64,000 nucleotides of DNA, from assembly GCA_965233135.1 (NCBI GenBank), contig CBDDRM010000028.1, forward strand, positions 100,331 to 164,330, written 5' to 3'. Position numbers and translations under genes: made by a program. Source of the stretch: an uncultured bacterium. Lineage in GTDB: Bacteria; Pseudomonadota; Gammaproteobacteria; Burkholderiales; JACQAP01. Below the pieces are notes generated by a model. That model was not told where the DNA came from and did no database searches. It saw only the letters and a list, made by a program, of their open reading frames with translations. This document shows positions 1-10,194 of the stretch, piece after piece. Every line of letters begins with the position of its first letter. The first letter of the stretch is position 1.

Positions 1-809
1 TCGATGCGCCGCTGGTGCACCAGGCTTTCTTCGGCGGCAACCTCGCCGAGGACGGATTGCAGGCACGCTGGGTCGCGCCGACGCCGCTGTTCATCGAACT
101 TGGCGTGGAAGGCGGACGCGGGGCAAATTTCCCCGGTTCGGAGCGCGACAAGAATGGCTTCAATGCCGGTGCAGCATTCCTGCACATCGGTGATGACGTC
201 GGCGTCAGCAACAGCTATCGCTTCGGCACTTCCTATCGCCAGACCCGCGCCGCCGAGCGCGAGTACGACGATACCAACTCCGCCGGCGACGGGATCGAGA
301 ATTTGTTCGAGGACCTTCAGAGCACGATGTGGGGACTGGATTTCGTCTGGAAATGGGCGCCCAACGGCAATCCATCCGGACGCAACTTCAAATTCCAGGC
401 GGAGTATTTCCAGCGCAAAGAGAAAGGCACCCTGATTTACGACCTCGGGGATGTCACTCTGCTCGGCACACCCGACGGGGCCTACCAGAGCGAGCAAAAG
501 GGCTTCTATGCCCAGGTGGTGTACCAGTTCATGCCGCGCTGGCGGGTCGGCGCACGCTACGACCAGCTTGATTCCGGCACACTGGATTACGCGCTGATCG
601 GCGACGGCACCATTGCCCGCGACGACCTGCAACTGCTGCGCGACCACAAACCCAAGCGCACCTCGGCGATGGTCGATTTCTCCCCCTCGGAGTTCTCGCG
701 CTTGCGTCTGCAGTACACCCGGGACGAGGCGCGCTTCGACGAGACCGACAATCAGATCTTCCTGCAATACATCATGAGCCTGGGCGCGCACGGCGCGCAC
801 AAGTTCTGA
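1..809 (+). CDS. Outer-membrane beta-barrel protein, C-terminal part (5' end outside window)
   Basis: The frame is open from the window edge. The protein is Gly/Tyr/Phe/Asp-rich with an alternating pattern and ends ...GAHGAHKF, with the terminal Phe typical of OM barrels. It lies directly upstream of the metal-uptake genes. Confidence 0.5.
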   Translation, partial: DAPLVHQAFFGGNLAEDGLQARWVAPTPLFIELGVEGGRGANFPGSERDKNGFNAGAAFLHIGDDVGVSNSYRFGTSYRQTRAAEREYDDTNSAGDGIENLFEDLQSTMWGLDFVWKWAPNGNPSGRNFKFQAEYFQRKEKGTLIYDLGDVTLLGTPDGAYQSEQKGFYAQVVYQFMPRWRVGARYDQLDSGTLDYALIGDGTIARDDLQLLRDHKPKRTSAMVDFSPSEFSRLRLQYTRDEARFDETDNQIFLQYIMSLGAHGAHKF

Positions 810-871
810 CCGAACTGCCGCTCCGGCCGGAAGGGTTCACGCTTCCGGCCGGACCCGGCGAGGAGACATGC

Positions 872-1780
872 ATGAAATCGCAACTGCTAAGAGGTGTCAG
901 CGCTCTGGTCCTGCTGCTGGCGGGCACGCCGGCGCTGGCGGCGCTGGACATATTTGCCTGCGTGCCGGAGTGGGCGGCGCTGGCGAAGGAGCTGGGCGGC
1001 GACAAGGTTTCGGTTTACCAGGCGTCCACCGCCTTGCAGGATCCGCATCGCCTGGAGGCGCGGCCGAGCCTGGTGGCGAGGATGCGCAGCGCCGAGCTGG
1101 CGATCTGCACCGGTGCGGGCCTTGAAGTGGGCTGGCTGCCGGTGCTGCTGCAGGCTGCCGGCAATCGCAAGGTCCAGCCTGGCAATCCCGGCTTCATCGC
1201 GGCGGCGGAACTGGTTGACCGGCTGGAGGTGCCGACCCGGATCGACCGCGCCGACGGCGACATCCATCCGCAGGGCAATCCGCATGTACAGCTCGATCCG
1301 CACAACATCGCCCGCATTGCCGAGACGGTAACGGCACGTCTCGGCCAGATCGACGCCGCCAATGCCGCCTACTACGATGCGCGCGGGAAGGAATTCCAGG
1401 TGCGCTGGCGGGAGGCCATTGCGCGCTGGGAAGCCGAAGCGGCGCCGCTGCGCGGCATGAAGGTTGTCGCTTACCATAAAGGCCTGACTTATCTGTTCAA
1501 CTGGCTGGGCATCGTGGAAATCGCCAATCTCGAACCGAAACCCGGCGTGCCGCCGAGCGCCGGATACCTCGCGACCCTGGTCGGACAACTCAAATCCGTG
1601 CCGGCGGAGGCGATCGTGCGTGCGGCTTACAACGATCCGAAGGCGGTGGACTGGCTTTCCGGCAAAACCGGGATTCCACGCGTGGATCTGGCATACACCG
1701 TGGGTGGCACGCCGGAGGTCAAACACCTGTTCTCGCTTTTCGACGACAGCATCGCCCGGCTGAAGGCCGCCCGCAGATAA
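872..1780 (+). CDS. Metal (Zn/Mn-type) ABC transporter substrate-binding protein, ZnuA/TroA family
   Basis: Signal peptide MKSQLLRGVSALVLLLAGTPALAA. It has a cluster-9 SBP-like sequence (DPHxW-type DPHRLEARPS, HPQGNPHVQLDP). A permease gene follows 2 nt later. Confidence 0.75.
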   Translation: MKSQLLRGVSALVLLLAGTPALAALDIFACVPEWAALAKELGGDKVSVYQASTALQDPHRLEARPSLVARMRSAELAICTGAGLEVGWLPVLLQAAGNRKVQPGNPGFIAAAELVDRLEVPTRIDRADGDIHPQGNPHVQLDPHNIARIAETVTARLGQIDAANAAYYDARGKEFQVRWREAIARWEAEAAPLRGMKVVAYHKGLTYLFNWLGIVEIANLEPKPGVPPSAGYLATLVGQLKSVPAEAIVRAAYNDPKAVDWLSGKTGIPRVDLAYTVGGTPEVKHLFSLFDDSIARLKAARR

Positions 1781-1782
1781 CC

Positions 1783-2541
1783 GTGGGCGAAATTGAGATC
1801 GGCATTCTGCTGCCGGCGCTGATTGCCGGCGTGCTGGTCACCGCGACTCATGTGCCGCTCGGTATCCAGGTCCTCAACCGCGGCATCGTGTTCATCGACA
1901 TCGCCATCGCCCAGATCGCCGGCGTCGGCGTGATCGCCGCGGATTTTTTCGGATTGGGCGCGCATGGCATCGGCGTCCAGGTCTCGGCGCTTTCGGCGGC
2001 ATTGCTCGGTGCCCTGTTCCTGACCTGGACCGAGAAGCGCTGGCCGGAGGTGCAGGAAGCGATTATCGGTTCGGTTTTCGTGCTGGCCGCGACCCTGGAC
2101 GTGCTGCTGCTGGCCGGCAATCCGCATGCCGGCGAGTATCTGAAGGAACTGCTGGTCGGCCAGATCCTATGGGTCGGTTATACGCAGCTCTTCATCGTGG
2201 CCCTGCTGACGGCACTGATCCTCGCAGTGTGGTTCCGCGTCGGCCAAGAACGACTTGGCCGGATCGGTTTTTATGTGCTGTTCGGTCTTGCGGTCACTGC
2301 TTCAGTACAGATGGTCGGCGTCTACCTCGTGTTCGCCAGCCTCATCATCCCTGCGCTGGCAACGCGCAAGGCGATACGGCTGCGCCTGCCCAAGGCCTAT
2401 GCCGTAGGCGGGCTCGGCTATCTCGCCGGGTTGGTCGCATCCACGATACTCGACTTGCCCACCGGGGCGGTGGTGGTTTGGGCGCTTGCACTGGTGGGCA
2501 TCCTGTTTGCCCTGCTTGAGCGCTCCCGTGTGGCAGTTTGA
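1783..2541 (+). CDS. Metal ABC transporter permease (ZnuB-like)
   Basis: GTG start 2 nt after the SBP stop. The 252-aa protein is very hydrophobic and multi-spanning, with the size and composition of ZnuB/TroC-family permeases. No ATPase gene lies in the window. Confidence 0.7.
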   Translation: MGEIEIGILLPALIAGVLVTATHVPLGIQVLNRGIVFIDIAIAQIAGVGVIAADFFGLGAHGIGVQVSALSAALLGALFLTWTEKRWPEVQEAIIGSVFVLAATLDVLLLAGNPHAGEYLKELLVGQILWVGYTQLFIVALLTALILAVWFRVGQERLGRIGFYVLFGLAVTASVQMVGVYLVFASLIIPALATRKAIRLRLPKAYAVGGLGYLAGLVASTILDLPTGAVVVWALALVGILFALLERSRVAV

Positions 2542-2686
2542 AAGTCTCCAGTACAATTGCATCCTGCGACTTGTATCCCAACCATGCGCTTGCCACCTTG
2601 CCGCGCTTGCTCAAAGTGGAAGCAAAATCCCACGCTGGTGCCGGACCGGACACCGACCAAGGCAGCGGAACTGTCTTAGATCAAAT

Positions 2687-3226
2687 ATGAGCGAATCTTT
2701 TCACGGCACAACAATCATATCAGTGCGTCGCGGCAAGCGTGTCGCGCTGGGCGGCGATGGTCAGGTCACCTTTGGCAACGTGGTACTCAAATCCAGCGCC
2801 CGCAAGGTGCGCAGGCTGTTCCACGATCGGATTCTCGCGGGCTTCGCAGGCGGCACAGCAGACGCTTTCACCTTGTTCGAGCGCTTCGAAGCGAAACTTG
2901 AAAAACACCAGGGCCATCTGCTGCGCTCGGCGGTCGAACTGGCCAAGGACTGGCGCACCGACCGGATCCTGCGGCGGCTTGAAGCCATGCTGGCGGTGGC
3001 GGATCACGAATCCTCACTGATCATTACCGGCAACGGCGACGTGGTGGAACCGGAACTGGGCCTGGTCGCGATCGGAAGCGGCGGGGCTTATGCCCAGGCG
3101 GCGGCGCGTGCGCTGATGGAGAATACGGAATTGCCGCCTCAGGAGATCGTCAAGAAAGCATTGACCATCGCCGGCGAAATTTGCATCTATACCAACCAGA
3201 ATCACGTAATCGAGGTACTCGATTAG
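2687..3226 (+). CDS. hslV: ATP-dependent protease subunit HslV
   Basis: Internal ATG gives [28 protein letters not shown]..., with the catalytic Thr after processing. It is ~179 aa and is followed by hslU. Confidence 0.93.
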   Translation: MSESFHGTTIISVRRGKRVALGGDGQVTFGNVVLKSSARKVRRLFHDRILAGFAGGTADAFTLFERFEAKLEKHQGHLLRSAVELAKDWRTDRILRRLEAMLAVADHESSLIITGNGDVVEPELGLVAIGSGGAYAQAAARALMENTELPPQEIVKKALTIAGEICIYTNQNHVIEVLD

Positions 3227-3301
3227 GGACGAGGGGTTAGGGCGAGGAACGAGGGCTCAATGCGGTGAGACCGAAATTTCTATTCCCTAACCCCTCGTCC
3301 C
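3226..3301. repeat. 17-bp perfect inverted repeat (stem-loop) in the hslV-hslU spacer
   Basis: GGGACGAGGGGTTAGGG (3226-3242) is the exact reverse complement of CCCTAACCCCTCGTCCC (3285-3301), with a 42-nt loop. I saw no other copy in the window. Confidence 0.7.
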
Positions 3302-3316
3302 TCGGCCCTTAATCCC

Positions 3317-4648
3317 ATGTCATCAATGACCCCTCAGGAAATCGTCCACGAACTGGACAAACACATCGTCGGCCAGGACGATGCCAAGCGCGCCGTGGCG
3401 ATCGCACTGCGCAACCGCTGGCGCCGCCAGCAGGTGGCTGAACCGCTGCGTCAGGAGATCACGCCCAAGAATATTCTGATGATCGGCCCCACCGGGGTCG
3501 GCAAGACGGAAATCGCGCGTCGCCTGGCGCGGCTCGCCGATGCGCCCTTCATCAAGGTCGAGGCCACCAAGTTCACGGAAGTCGGATACGTCGGCAAAGA
3601 TGTCGATTCCATCGTGCGCGACCTGGTGGAAACCTCGATCAAGCAAACACGCGAACAGGAAACGCGCAAAGTGCGCCATCGCGCTGAAGATCTCGCCGAG
3701 GAGCGCGTGCTCGATACCTTGCTGCCGGCGGCCAGGGAAATCGTTTCCCAGCCGGAGCAGAAAGACGCCGACACGGCCACGCGGCAGAAATTCCGCAAGC
3801 GGCTGCGCGAGGGCGAACTCGATGACAAGGAAATAGAAATCGACGTCGCGGCATCGCAAGCGCAGATGGAGATTTTCGCGCCGCCGGGCATGGAAGAGCT
3901 GACTTCGCAAATCCAGGGCATGTTTCAGAACCTCGGGGGCGCGCGACGCAAAACGCGCAAGCTCAAGATCCGCGAAGCCATGAAGCTTTTGACCGAAGAG
4001 GAAGCCGCGAAGCTCGTCAACGACGACGAGCTGAAGCTCAAGGCACTTGCCAACGTAGAGCAGAACGGCATCGTGTTCATCGACGAAATCGACAAGATCA
4101 CCAGCCGCCAGGAAACCGGCGGCGCCGAAGTATCCCGACACGGCGTGCAGCGCGATCTGCTCCCGCTGATCGAAGGCACGACGGTGGGAACCAAGTACGG
4201 AATGGTCAAGACCGATCACATCTTGTTTATCGGCAGCGGCGCATTCCATCTGTCGAAGCCCTCGGACCTGATGCCGGAGTTGCAGGGGCGCTTTCCCATC
4301 CGCGTGGAACTCGGCAGCCTGTCCGTGGTGGATTTCGAGCGCATCCTGACCTCGACGGACGCCTGTCTCACCCGCCAGTATCAGGCGTTGCTGGAAACCG
4401 AAGAGGTCAAACTCGATTTCCGCGCCGACGGTATCCGTCGCATGGCGGAGATCGCCTGGCAGGTCAACGAGAAGACCGAGAACATCGGTGCGCGACGGCT
4501 TTACACGGTGATCGAAAAGCTGCTGGAAGAAGTTTCGTTCGCTGCCAACCGCCAGCAGGACAAGACCGTGGTGATTGACGCTGCTTATGTGGACGACCGG
4601 CTCAAGAGCCTGGCGCAAAGCGAGGATCTCGCGCGCTATGTGCTCTGA
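3317..4648 (+). CDS. hslU: ATP-dependent protease ATPase subunit HslU
   Basis: [34 protein letters not shown], Walker [26 protein letters not shown] and C-terminal EDLARYVL. 443 aa. Confidence 0.97.
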   Translation: MSSMTPQEIVHELDKHIVGQDDAKRAVAIALRNRWRRQQVAEPLRQEITPKNILMIGPTGVGKTEIARRLARLADAPFIKVEATKFTEVGYVGKDVDSIVRDLVETSIKQTREQETRKVRHRAEDLAEERVLDTLLPAAREIVSQPEQKDADTATRQKFRKRLREGELDDKEIEIDVAASQAQMEIFAPPGMEELTSQIQGMFQNLGGARRKTRKLKIREAMKLLTEEEAAKLVNDDELKLKALANVEQNGIVFIDEIDKITSRQETGGAEVSRHGVQRDLLPLIEGTTVGTKYGMVKTDHILFIGSGAFHLSKPSDLMPELQGRFPIRVELGSLSVVDFERILTSTDACLTRQYQALLETEEVKLDFRADGIRRMAEIAWQVNEKTENIGARRLYTVIEKLLEEVSFAANRQQDKTVVIDAAYVDDRLKSLAQSEDLARYVL

Positions 4649-4714
4649 AGGACCGGTGCGTACTCGCACTGCCCGATTGGTGTTTATTGATATTTTGCCG
4701 CGACAGGATCCCCT

Positions 4715-7273
4715 ATGACGAGCGGTACCCGATTCGCCCTGGAAGTCAATCCAAAACTTCCGCCCCGGCTCGCGCGCATGCAGGAGCTCGCAAATAATCT
4801 GCTGTATAGCTGGGACCGGCAGACGCGCATGCTGTTTTCGCGCCTCGACCCGCAACTCTGGGAGAAAATCGGCCACAGTCCCAAAGCCTTTCTCAAGCGG
4901 GTCGACGAGCAGAGGCTGCTGGACGCCGCCGAGGATCCTGTGTTCCTGGGCAATCTGAACCGCGTGCTCTCGGCGTTCGACGTTTATTTGAAGGAACCGT
5001 TGCGTCGCAACGGCTCGGAATGGCTGCGCAAGAACGATACGGTCGCCTATTTCTGCGCCGAGTTCGGCGTCCACGAGAGCCTGCCCATTTATTCCGGAGG
5101 TCTGGGCATCCTGGCTGGCGACCATTGCAAATCCGCAAGCGACATGCGTCTTCCGTTTGTCGGCGTGGGATTGCTCTATCGGCAGGGCTATTTTCATCAG
5201 ACCATCGATACCGAAGGCAATCAGCATGCGCTGTATGCGGATTCCGATTTCGAGGATCTTCCGATCACGCCGGTACTGCGTGCGGATGGTTCCGATTTGC
5301 GCGTCAGCGTGGAGTTTCCGGGCAGACATTTGCAGATCAAGGTGTGGCAGGCCTGCATCGGGCATGTAATGCTTTATTTGCTGGACACCGATCTACCCGA
5401 GAATTCCGCGGATCATCGCGATATCACGCACCGTCTCTACGGAGGGGACCGCGAAACGCGGATACAGCAGGAAATCGTGTTGGGCATTGGCGGGGTACGC
5501 GCACTGGCGGAGTTGAACATTCAGCCCACCGCGTGGCATATCAACGAAGGTCACCCGGCGTTCCTGGTGCTCGAACGTGCGCGCACGCTGGTGGCGCAAG
5601 GCATGGCATTCTATGCGGCTATGGAAGCCGTGGCTGCCATCACGGTATTCACCACGCACACGCCGGTTCCCGCCGGCCACGATCATTTCAGCGCCGAGGC
5701 GATCCGCAATTATTTTCCTTGGCTGCGCGCCCAGCTCGGCCTGAGCGAAGAGCAGTTCATGGCACTGGGCAGGGTCAATGACGGGCACGATTTCAACATG
5801 ACCGCGCTGGCGATTCGCGGTTCCCGATTCCAAAACGGGGTCAGCCGCATTCACGGCGGCGTCTCCTCGCACATCTGCGCACCGCTGTGGCCCCAGATCG
5901 AACCGCATGAGAACCCGTTGTCGTATGTCACCAACGGCGTGCACGTGCCGACCTTTCTCGCGCCGGAGTGGGCGGATCAGTTCGACAAGTTTCTGGGTTT
6001 CGACTGGTCGCATCATGCCGGCACGCAGGGCTTCCAGGAACGCCTGCAAACCATGCCGGATCATCTGTTCTGGAGCGTACGCCAGTCGCTCAAAGCCCAG
6101 ATGCTGCATCTGGTGCGCAATCGCGTGGCACGGCAGCACTTTCGCAATAACGGCTCGGAAGCGCATCTGGAGCGACTGCTGCGCTACGCGGACCCGACCA
6201 ATCCGAACGTGCTGACCGTGGGCTTCGCGCGCCGATTCGCCACGTACAAGCGCGCAACCCTGTTTTTCCAGGATCTCGACTGGTTGCGCCTGATTCTTGC
6301 CGACAGCGCAAAGCCGGTGTTGTTTATTTTCGCGGGCAAGGCCCATCCGGCGGATACTCCCGGACAGGATGTCATCCGCGACCTGAATCGCATTGCGCGC
6401 ATGCCGGAGTTCGAAGGCAAGATCCTTTTGCTCGAAGACTACGACCTGCATCTCGCGCGCCGGCTCGTGTCCGGCGTGGATGTCTGGTTGAACAATCCGA
6501 TGTATCCGCTGGAAGCGAGCGGAACTTCTGGCATGAAGGCGGGTATCAACGGCGTGCTGAACCTGTCGGTGCTCGACGGCTGGTGGGGCGAAGGCTATAA
6601 CGGGCGCAACGGGTGGGCGATCAAGCCCGTGGCGTCCAACCTCGATGAGGCGCGGCGTAATTTCGAAGAAGGCCGCACCTTGTACGAATTGCTGCAGGAT
6701 CATGTCGTGCCGACTTACTATCGGCGCGGCGAAATGGGTTACTCGGCCGACTGGATCGACATGGCCAAGCAGTCGATCACCTCGATCCTGCCGCGCTATT
6801 CGTCCACGCGCATGGTCGGCGAGTATCTGGCCAAGTTCTATCTGCCGGCGACCCGGCAGGGCCGACGCTACGCCGAATCGGGTTTCGAGCCTGCGCGGCG
6901 TCTGGCATCGTGGAAACAGCACGTGCGCGACGTCTGGCCCAAAATTACCATGCGACGGCTGGACGCACCGCAAAAACGCATCGTCTTCGGCGACCCGCTG
7001 CGCGTGGAGGTCGGCGTTTTTCTCGGCGGCCTCGCCCCCGAGGATGTCGCGCTCGAGTTGCTGATCGAGAAGCAAGCGCTCGATGACGCGGAGCAGCGGC
7101 CCAAGGCCTACCGGTTCGAATCCGAGGGGCGCATGACCGAGCAAGGCGAACAGCGTTTCGCGCTGGAACTCAGCCCGGAGCTTTGCGGAAAACTCGAATA
7201 CCGCATTCGCGCTTATCCGATTCACGAGTTGCTCACGCATCCGTTCGAGCTTGGCATGATGCGCTGGCTCTAA
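4715..7273 (+). CDS. glgP: Alpha-glucan (glycogen/maltodextrin) phosphorylase, GT35, long bacterial type
   Basis: 852 aa. It contains GGLGILAGDH and the PLP-lysine region EASGTSGMKAGINGVLNLSVLDGWW. Confidence 0.9.
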   Translation: MTSGTRFALEVNPKLPPRLARMQELANNLLYSWDRQTRMLFSRLDPQLWEKIGHSPKAFLKRVDEQRLLDAAEDPVFLGNLNRVLSAFDVYLKEPLRRNGSEWLRKNDTVAYFCAEFGVHESLPIYSGGLGILAGDHCKSASDMRLPFVGVGLLYRQGYFHQTIDTEGNQHALYADSDFEDLPITPVLRADGSDLRVSVEFPGRHLQIKVWQACIGHVMLYLLDTDLPENSADHRDITHRLYGGDRETRIQQEIVLGIGGVRALAELNIQPTAWHINEGHPAFLVLERARTLVAQGMAFYAAMEAVAAITVFTTHTPVPAGHDHFSAEAIRNYFPWLRAQLGLSEEQFMALGRVNDGHDFNMTALAIRGSRFQNGVSRIHGGVSSHICAPLWPQIEPHENPLSYVTNGVHVPTFLAPEWADQFDKFLGFDWSHHAGTQGFQERLQTMPDHLFWSVRQSLKAQMLHLVRNRVARQHFRNNGSEAHLERLLRYADPTNPNVLTVGFARRFATYKRATLFFQDLDWLRLILADSAKPVLFIFAGKAHPADTPGQDVIRDLNRIARMPEFEGKILLLEDYDLHLARRLVSGVDVWLNNPMYPLEASGTSGMKAGINGVLNLSVLDGWWGEGYNGRNGWAIKPVASNLDEARRNFEEGRTLYELLQDHVVPTYYRRGEMGYSADWIDMAKQSITSILPRYSSTRMVGEYLAKFYLPATRQGRRYAESGFEPARRLASWKQHVRDVWPKITMRRLDAPQKRIVFGDPLRVEVGVFLGGLAPEDVALELLIEKQALDDAEQRPKAYRFESEGRMTEQGEQRFALELSPELCGKLEYRIRAYPIHELLTHPFELGMMRWL

Positions 7274-7467
7274 TCCGAAGCGCGACCCGTTACGCGACGG
7301 CGGCGGCACTGCCAAGTGGGAAACGACGGCGCGGTATCGAAGCAAGCAAGGCAAGCGCGCGACGCGGAGGCTGCAACAAGCCACTTTCAGGCAAAGACCG
7401 TTTTGTCTTTTCGCCCGCATACTGCCCGCCTCGCGCGCATTCGTTCGACGACCGCGGGATCACAAAC

Positions 7468-8061
7468 TTGAACTCATCGCTCAGGCGCGTATGTGTCTTC
7501 TGCGGATCGAATCCCGGCGCACGCGAAGAGTATGCCCTCGCTGCGCAAAATCTGGCGGGGGCGCTTGCGCGCCGCGGTCTGGAACTGGTTTACGGCGGGG
7601 GTAACGTCGGCATGATGGGCATCTTGGCCGATGCCATGATGCAGGCGGGGGGCTGCGTGATCGGCGTGATTCCGCGCGCGCTGGTCGAAAAAGAAGTCGC
7701 GCACCGCGGGATCACGCAGCTTCGCATCGTCGAGACCATGCATCAACGCAAGGCCATGATGAACGAATTGTCCGACGCCTTCATCGCCTTGCCGGGCGGC
7801 TTCGGCACACTCGAGGAATTATTCGAAATATTGACCTGGGCGCAGCTGGGCATTCATGGCAAACCCAGCGCAATCCTGAACGTCGCGGGCTATTACGACA
7901 GCTTGATGGCCATGCTCGATTACGCCGTGGCCGAGCGATTCTTGCGGCCTGCGCATCGCGAACTCGTGATCATTGGATCCGACGCCGAAGCCATGCTGCA
8001 ACGCCTCGAAGAGTTCACGCTGCGTGGAAATAGGCTGGGCTTGCAGGGGAACTTTTCGTAA
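7468..8061 (+). CDS. LOG family protein (cytokinin riboside 5'-monophosphate phosphoribohydrolase / TIGR00730)
   Basis: VCVFCGS...GGGNVGMMG...PGGFGTLEELFE motifs. There is no ATG near the conserved N-terminus, so a TTG at 7468 is assumed and the start is uncertain. Confidence 0.8.
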   Translation: MNSSLRRVCVFCGSNPGAREEYALAAQNLAGALARRGLELVYGGGNVGMMGILADAMMQAGGCVIGVIPRALVEKEVAHRGITQLRIVETMHQRKAMMNELSDAFIALPGGFGTLEELFEILTWAQLGIHGKPSAILNVAGYYDSLMAMLDYAVAERFLRPAHRELVIIGSDAEAMLQRLEEFTLRGNRLGLQGNFS

Positions 8062-8148
8062 TCCGGGGATCAAACTCGCGGAGGTACAATGTCGTACGCG
8101 ATCGTCATCGCGCTTCCGCTTCCAATCCATCCAATCGAGAGGTCCAAC

Positions 8149-8631
8149 ATGAAGAAGACTCTGCTTTCCATCAGCCTGTTATCGCTGTTTACCGGGCTGG
8201 CCAGCACAGCCATCGCACTGGAGCAACGCCCGGTGCTGTCGCTCGACGTCGCCAAGAAAATGGCCGCCGCATGCGAAGCGAAAGCCAAACAGGAAGGCTG
8301 GAAAATGAACATTGCGATTGTCGACACGGGGGGCAATCTCAAGTTTTTCCTGCGCCAGGACGACGCTTTCCTGAAAAGCATCGAGATCGCCCAACTCAAG
8401 GCCGGCACTTCGGCGGGTTTCCCGTTTTCGACCAAGCAGATCGGCGAGATCACCACCAAGGTGCCGGGAATCGCGCACGTACCGGGGATTGTGACCTTCG
8501 AGGGCGGATTGCCGATCATGACCGCTGACGGCAAGCAACTCGGCGCCATCGGGGTGTCTGGAGCCACCGCGGAACAGGATGGCGTGTGCGCGCAGGCCGC
8601 GATCGATGCAGTGAAAAGCGAACTCAAGTAA
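8149..8631 (+). CDS. Secreted GlcG/HbpS-like (DUF336) haem-binding-fold protein
   Basis: RBS GAGAGG precedes the ATG. Signal peptide MKKTLLSISLLSLFTGLASTAIA. DUF336-like core: IAIVDTGGNL...GGLPI...GAIGVSGA. Confidence 0.7.
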   Translation: MKKTLLSISLLSLFTGLASTAIALEQRPVLSLDVAKKMAAACEAKAKQEGWKMNIAIVDTGGNLKFFLRQDDAFLKSIEIAQLKAGTSAGFPFSTKQIGEITTKVPGIAHVPGIVTFEGGLPIMTADGKQLGAIGVSGATAEQDGVCAQAAIDAVKSELK

Positions 8632-8646
8632 AGCCGCTCATTCAGG

Positions 8647-8677
8647 AAAAAGCCCGGCGCGAAGCCGGGCTTTATTC
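8647..8677. terminator. Bidirectional intrinsic terminator between convergent DUF336 gene and larB
   Basis: AAAAAGCCCGGCGCGAAGCCGGGCTTTATT: a GC stem flanked by an A-run and a T-run. Confidence 0.8.
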
Positions 8678-8685
8678 TTGGCGCC

Positions 8686-9342
8686 TCACGTACGCAGGAT
8701 GCGCAAGGCGGCGCACGCCGCACCGAATCCATTGTCGATGTTGGTGACGACCAGTCCCGCCGAACAACTCGCGAGCATGGCGCGCAACGCCGTCTCGCCG
8801 CCAGTTGCTACGCCATATCCGACCGAAGTCGGTACGCCTATGACCGTGCTGGAAACCAGTCCGCCGATCACCGTCGGCAGCGCCGCGTCCATCCCGGCGA
8901 CCGCGATCACCACCCGGGCACTGCGGATTTCTTCGATGCGCTCGAGCAACCGCCATAATCCGGCCACCCCCACATCGTTGATTTCAACGGCCGGCTCGCC
9001 ATAGAAGCGCAAGGTACGCACGGCTTCGCGCGCGACGCCCACATCCGAAGTGCCGGCGGCAACGATCGCCACCTGGGTTTTCGTTTTCGTATCGTGCGTG
9101 CCGCCAAAGTAGCCGGTACGCGAGAGCGGTTCGTAGTCGATGGCGGCGCGGTGCGCTTCGGAAAGCCCGGCCAGCTGTTCAGGCAGAAGGCGCGTGAGCA
9201 GGATGCGCCGTTGTTTCTCCTGCACTTGCCCCAGAATGGCCGACAGGTGCGCCACCGATTTCGATGCACACATCACGGCTTCGTCGAGACCGGTGCGCGC
9301 GTCGCGCGCAAAATCAAGCATGACATCCTTGTGCAAAGTCAT
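8686..9342 (-). CDS. larB: Nickel-pincer cofactor biosynthesis protein LarB (PurE-fold NaAD carboxylase/hydrolase)
   Basis: 218 aa. The PurE-like C-terminal half reads VAIVAAGTSDVGVAREA...AVAGMDAALPTVIGGL...VIGVPTSVGYG. It lies next to larE and larC. Confidence 0.85.
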   Translation of the reverse strand: MTLHKDVMLDFARDARTGLDEAVMCASKSVAHLSAILGQVQEKQRRILLTRLLPEQLAGLSEAHRAAIDYEPLSRTGYFGGTHDTKTKTQVAIVAAGTSDVGVAREAVRTLRFYGEPAVEINDVGVAGLWRLLERIEEIRSARVVIAVAGMDAALPTVIGGLVSSTVIGVPTSVGYGVATGGETALRAMLASCSAGLVVTNIDNGFGAACAALRILRT

Positions 9343-9369
9343 CGCAGCAAACTCATCGGCATGGATTGA

Positions 9370-10194
9370 TCAGGCGCCATCGCGCTTGCGCTGTACCAGG
9401 AACGCGCTGCCGGTACGGTATGCGGCCAGCGACACCGGATACGCAAAGCCGCCGTCGCGAAACAACGTGCCGACTTCGGCCTTGATATGGTCGCGGGCTG
9501 GCGCATCCAGCGCCGCAAGCTTTTGCTCGTCGAGTTCGATCACGACACCGCCGGCGCGCACGCGGCAGCGCACGGTGCGCGGCGCAAGAGAGCGGGCCAG
9601 CGAAAGCTCCGCCGCATGCACGAGCTTGAGCATCGCCGGATCGATGGCGATTCCGGTTTCGATGCGGCTCGACAGACAGGGCGCGGAGGGCAGTTCGGCG
9701 ATCGCTTCCAGACCGAGATGGCTGGCCAGCGCGCGCACTTTTTTCTTGTCGATTCGGGCCTCGACGTAGGGATGTCGCACGCCGTGGTTCCTGGCTGCCT
9801 CCAGACCTGGCCTGTATTCACCGAGGTCGTCGAGATTCGTGCCGGCGACGATCTGGGCCGTCGTGTGCGGTCGTAACGCCCCATACAGATTGGTCTTGCA
9901 GTAAAAGCAGCGATTGACCGGGTTGCTGCGATAGTTCGCGTCGTCGAATTCACCGGCGTCCACGACTGTGAGCCGCCAGCCCTGTTCGATGGCGAGCCGG
10001 CGCACGCGCTCGGTTGCCTGGGGGGGCACGGCGGGCGAAACCGCGTGGAACATCGATACGTTGTGCTGCACGGTACGCTGGGCCACCGTCGCCAGCGTGA
10101 GGCTGTCGACGCCGCCGCTGACCGCCACCGCCATCGGTCCCATCTCGCACAGCAGCCCCTGCAGTTTTTCCAGCGCGTGGGTCACGTCGCTCAT
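9370..10194 (-). CDS. larE: ATP-dependent sulfur transferase LarE (PP-loop ATP pyrophosphatase)
   Basis: PP-loop VAVSGGVDS, plus CFYCK and SAPCLSSR motifs. Its start overlaps the larC stop (ATGA). Confidence 0.85.
   Translation of the reverse strand: MSDVTHALEKLQGLLCEMGPMAVAVSGGVDSLTLATVAQRTVQHNVSMFHAVSPAVPPQATERVRRLAIEQGWRLTVVDAGEFDDANYRSNPVNRCFYCKTNLYGALRPHTTAQIVAGTNLDDLGEYRPGLEAARNHGVRHPYVEARIDKKKVRALASHLGLEAIAELPSAPCLSSRIETGIAIDPAMLKLVHAAELSLARSLAPRTVRCRVRAGGVVIELDEQKLAALDAPARDHIKAEVGTLFRDGGFAYPVSLAAYRTGSAFLVQRKRDGA

Noticed and set aside
3323-7420. Two very long minus-strand ORFs (3323-5365, 680 aa; 5393-7420, 675 aa).
   Set aside because: They lie exactly antisense to hslU and glgP, whose products carry unmistakable family motifs. 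The translations are Arg/Ala/Gly/His-rich and low in complexity, with no motifs. These are typical shadow ORFs of GC-rich DNA.
7183-7467. Long 5' extensions of real genes in the ORF track: 7183 for LOG, 16609 for glgC, 20243 for the IlvD-like gene, 19885, 37302, 38459, 43203, 52181, 23291, 26253 and 29395.
   Set aside because: The extensions overlap upstream genes or REPs, are Arg/Pro/Ser-rich, and precede internal starts that have RBSs and match the conserved family N-termini.
8686-9342. larB as a second purE, suggesting duplicated purine genes.
   Set aside because: Only the C-terminal half is PurE-like. The ~90-aa N-terminal extension and the adjacency to larC and larE identify it as LarB. 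The genuine purE-purK pair is at 30120-31843.
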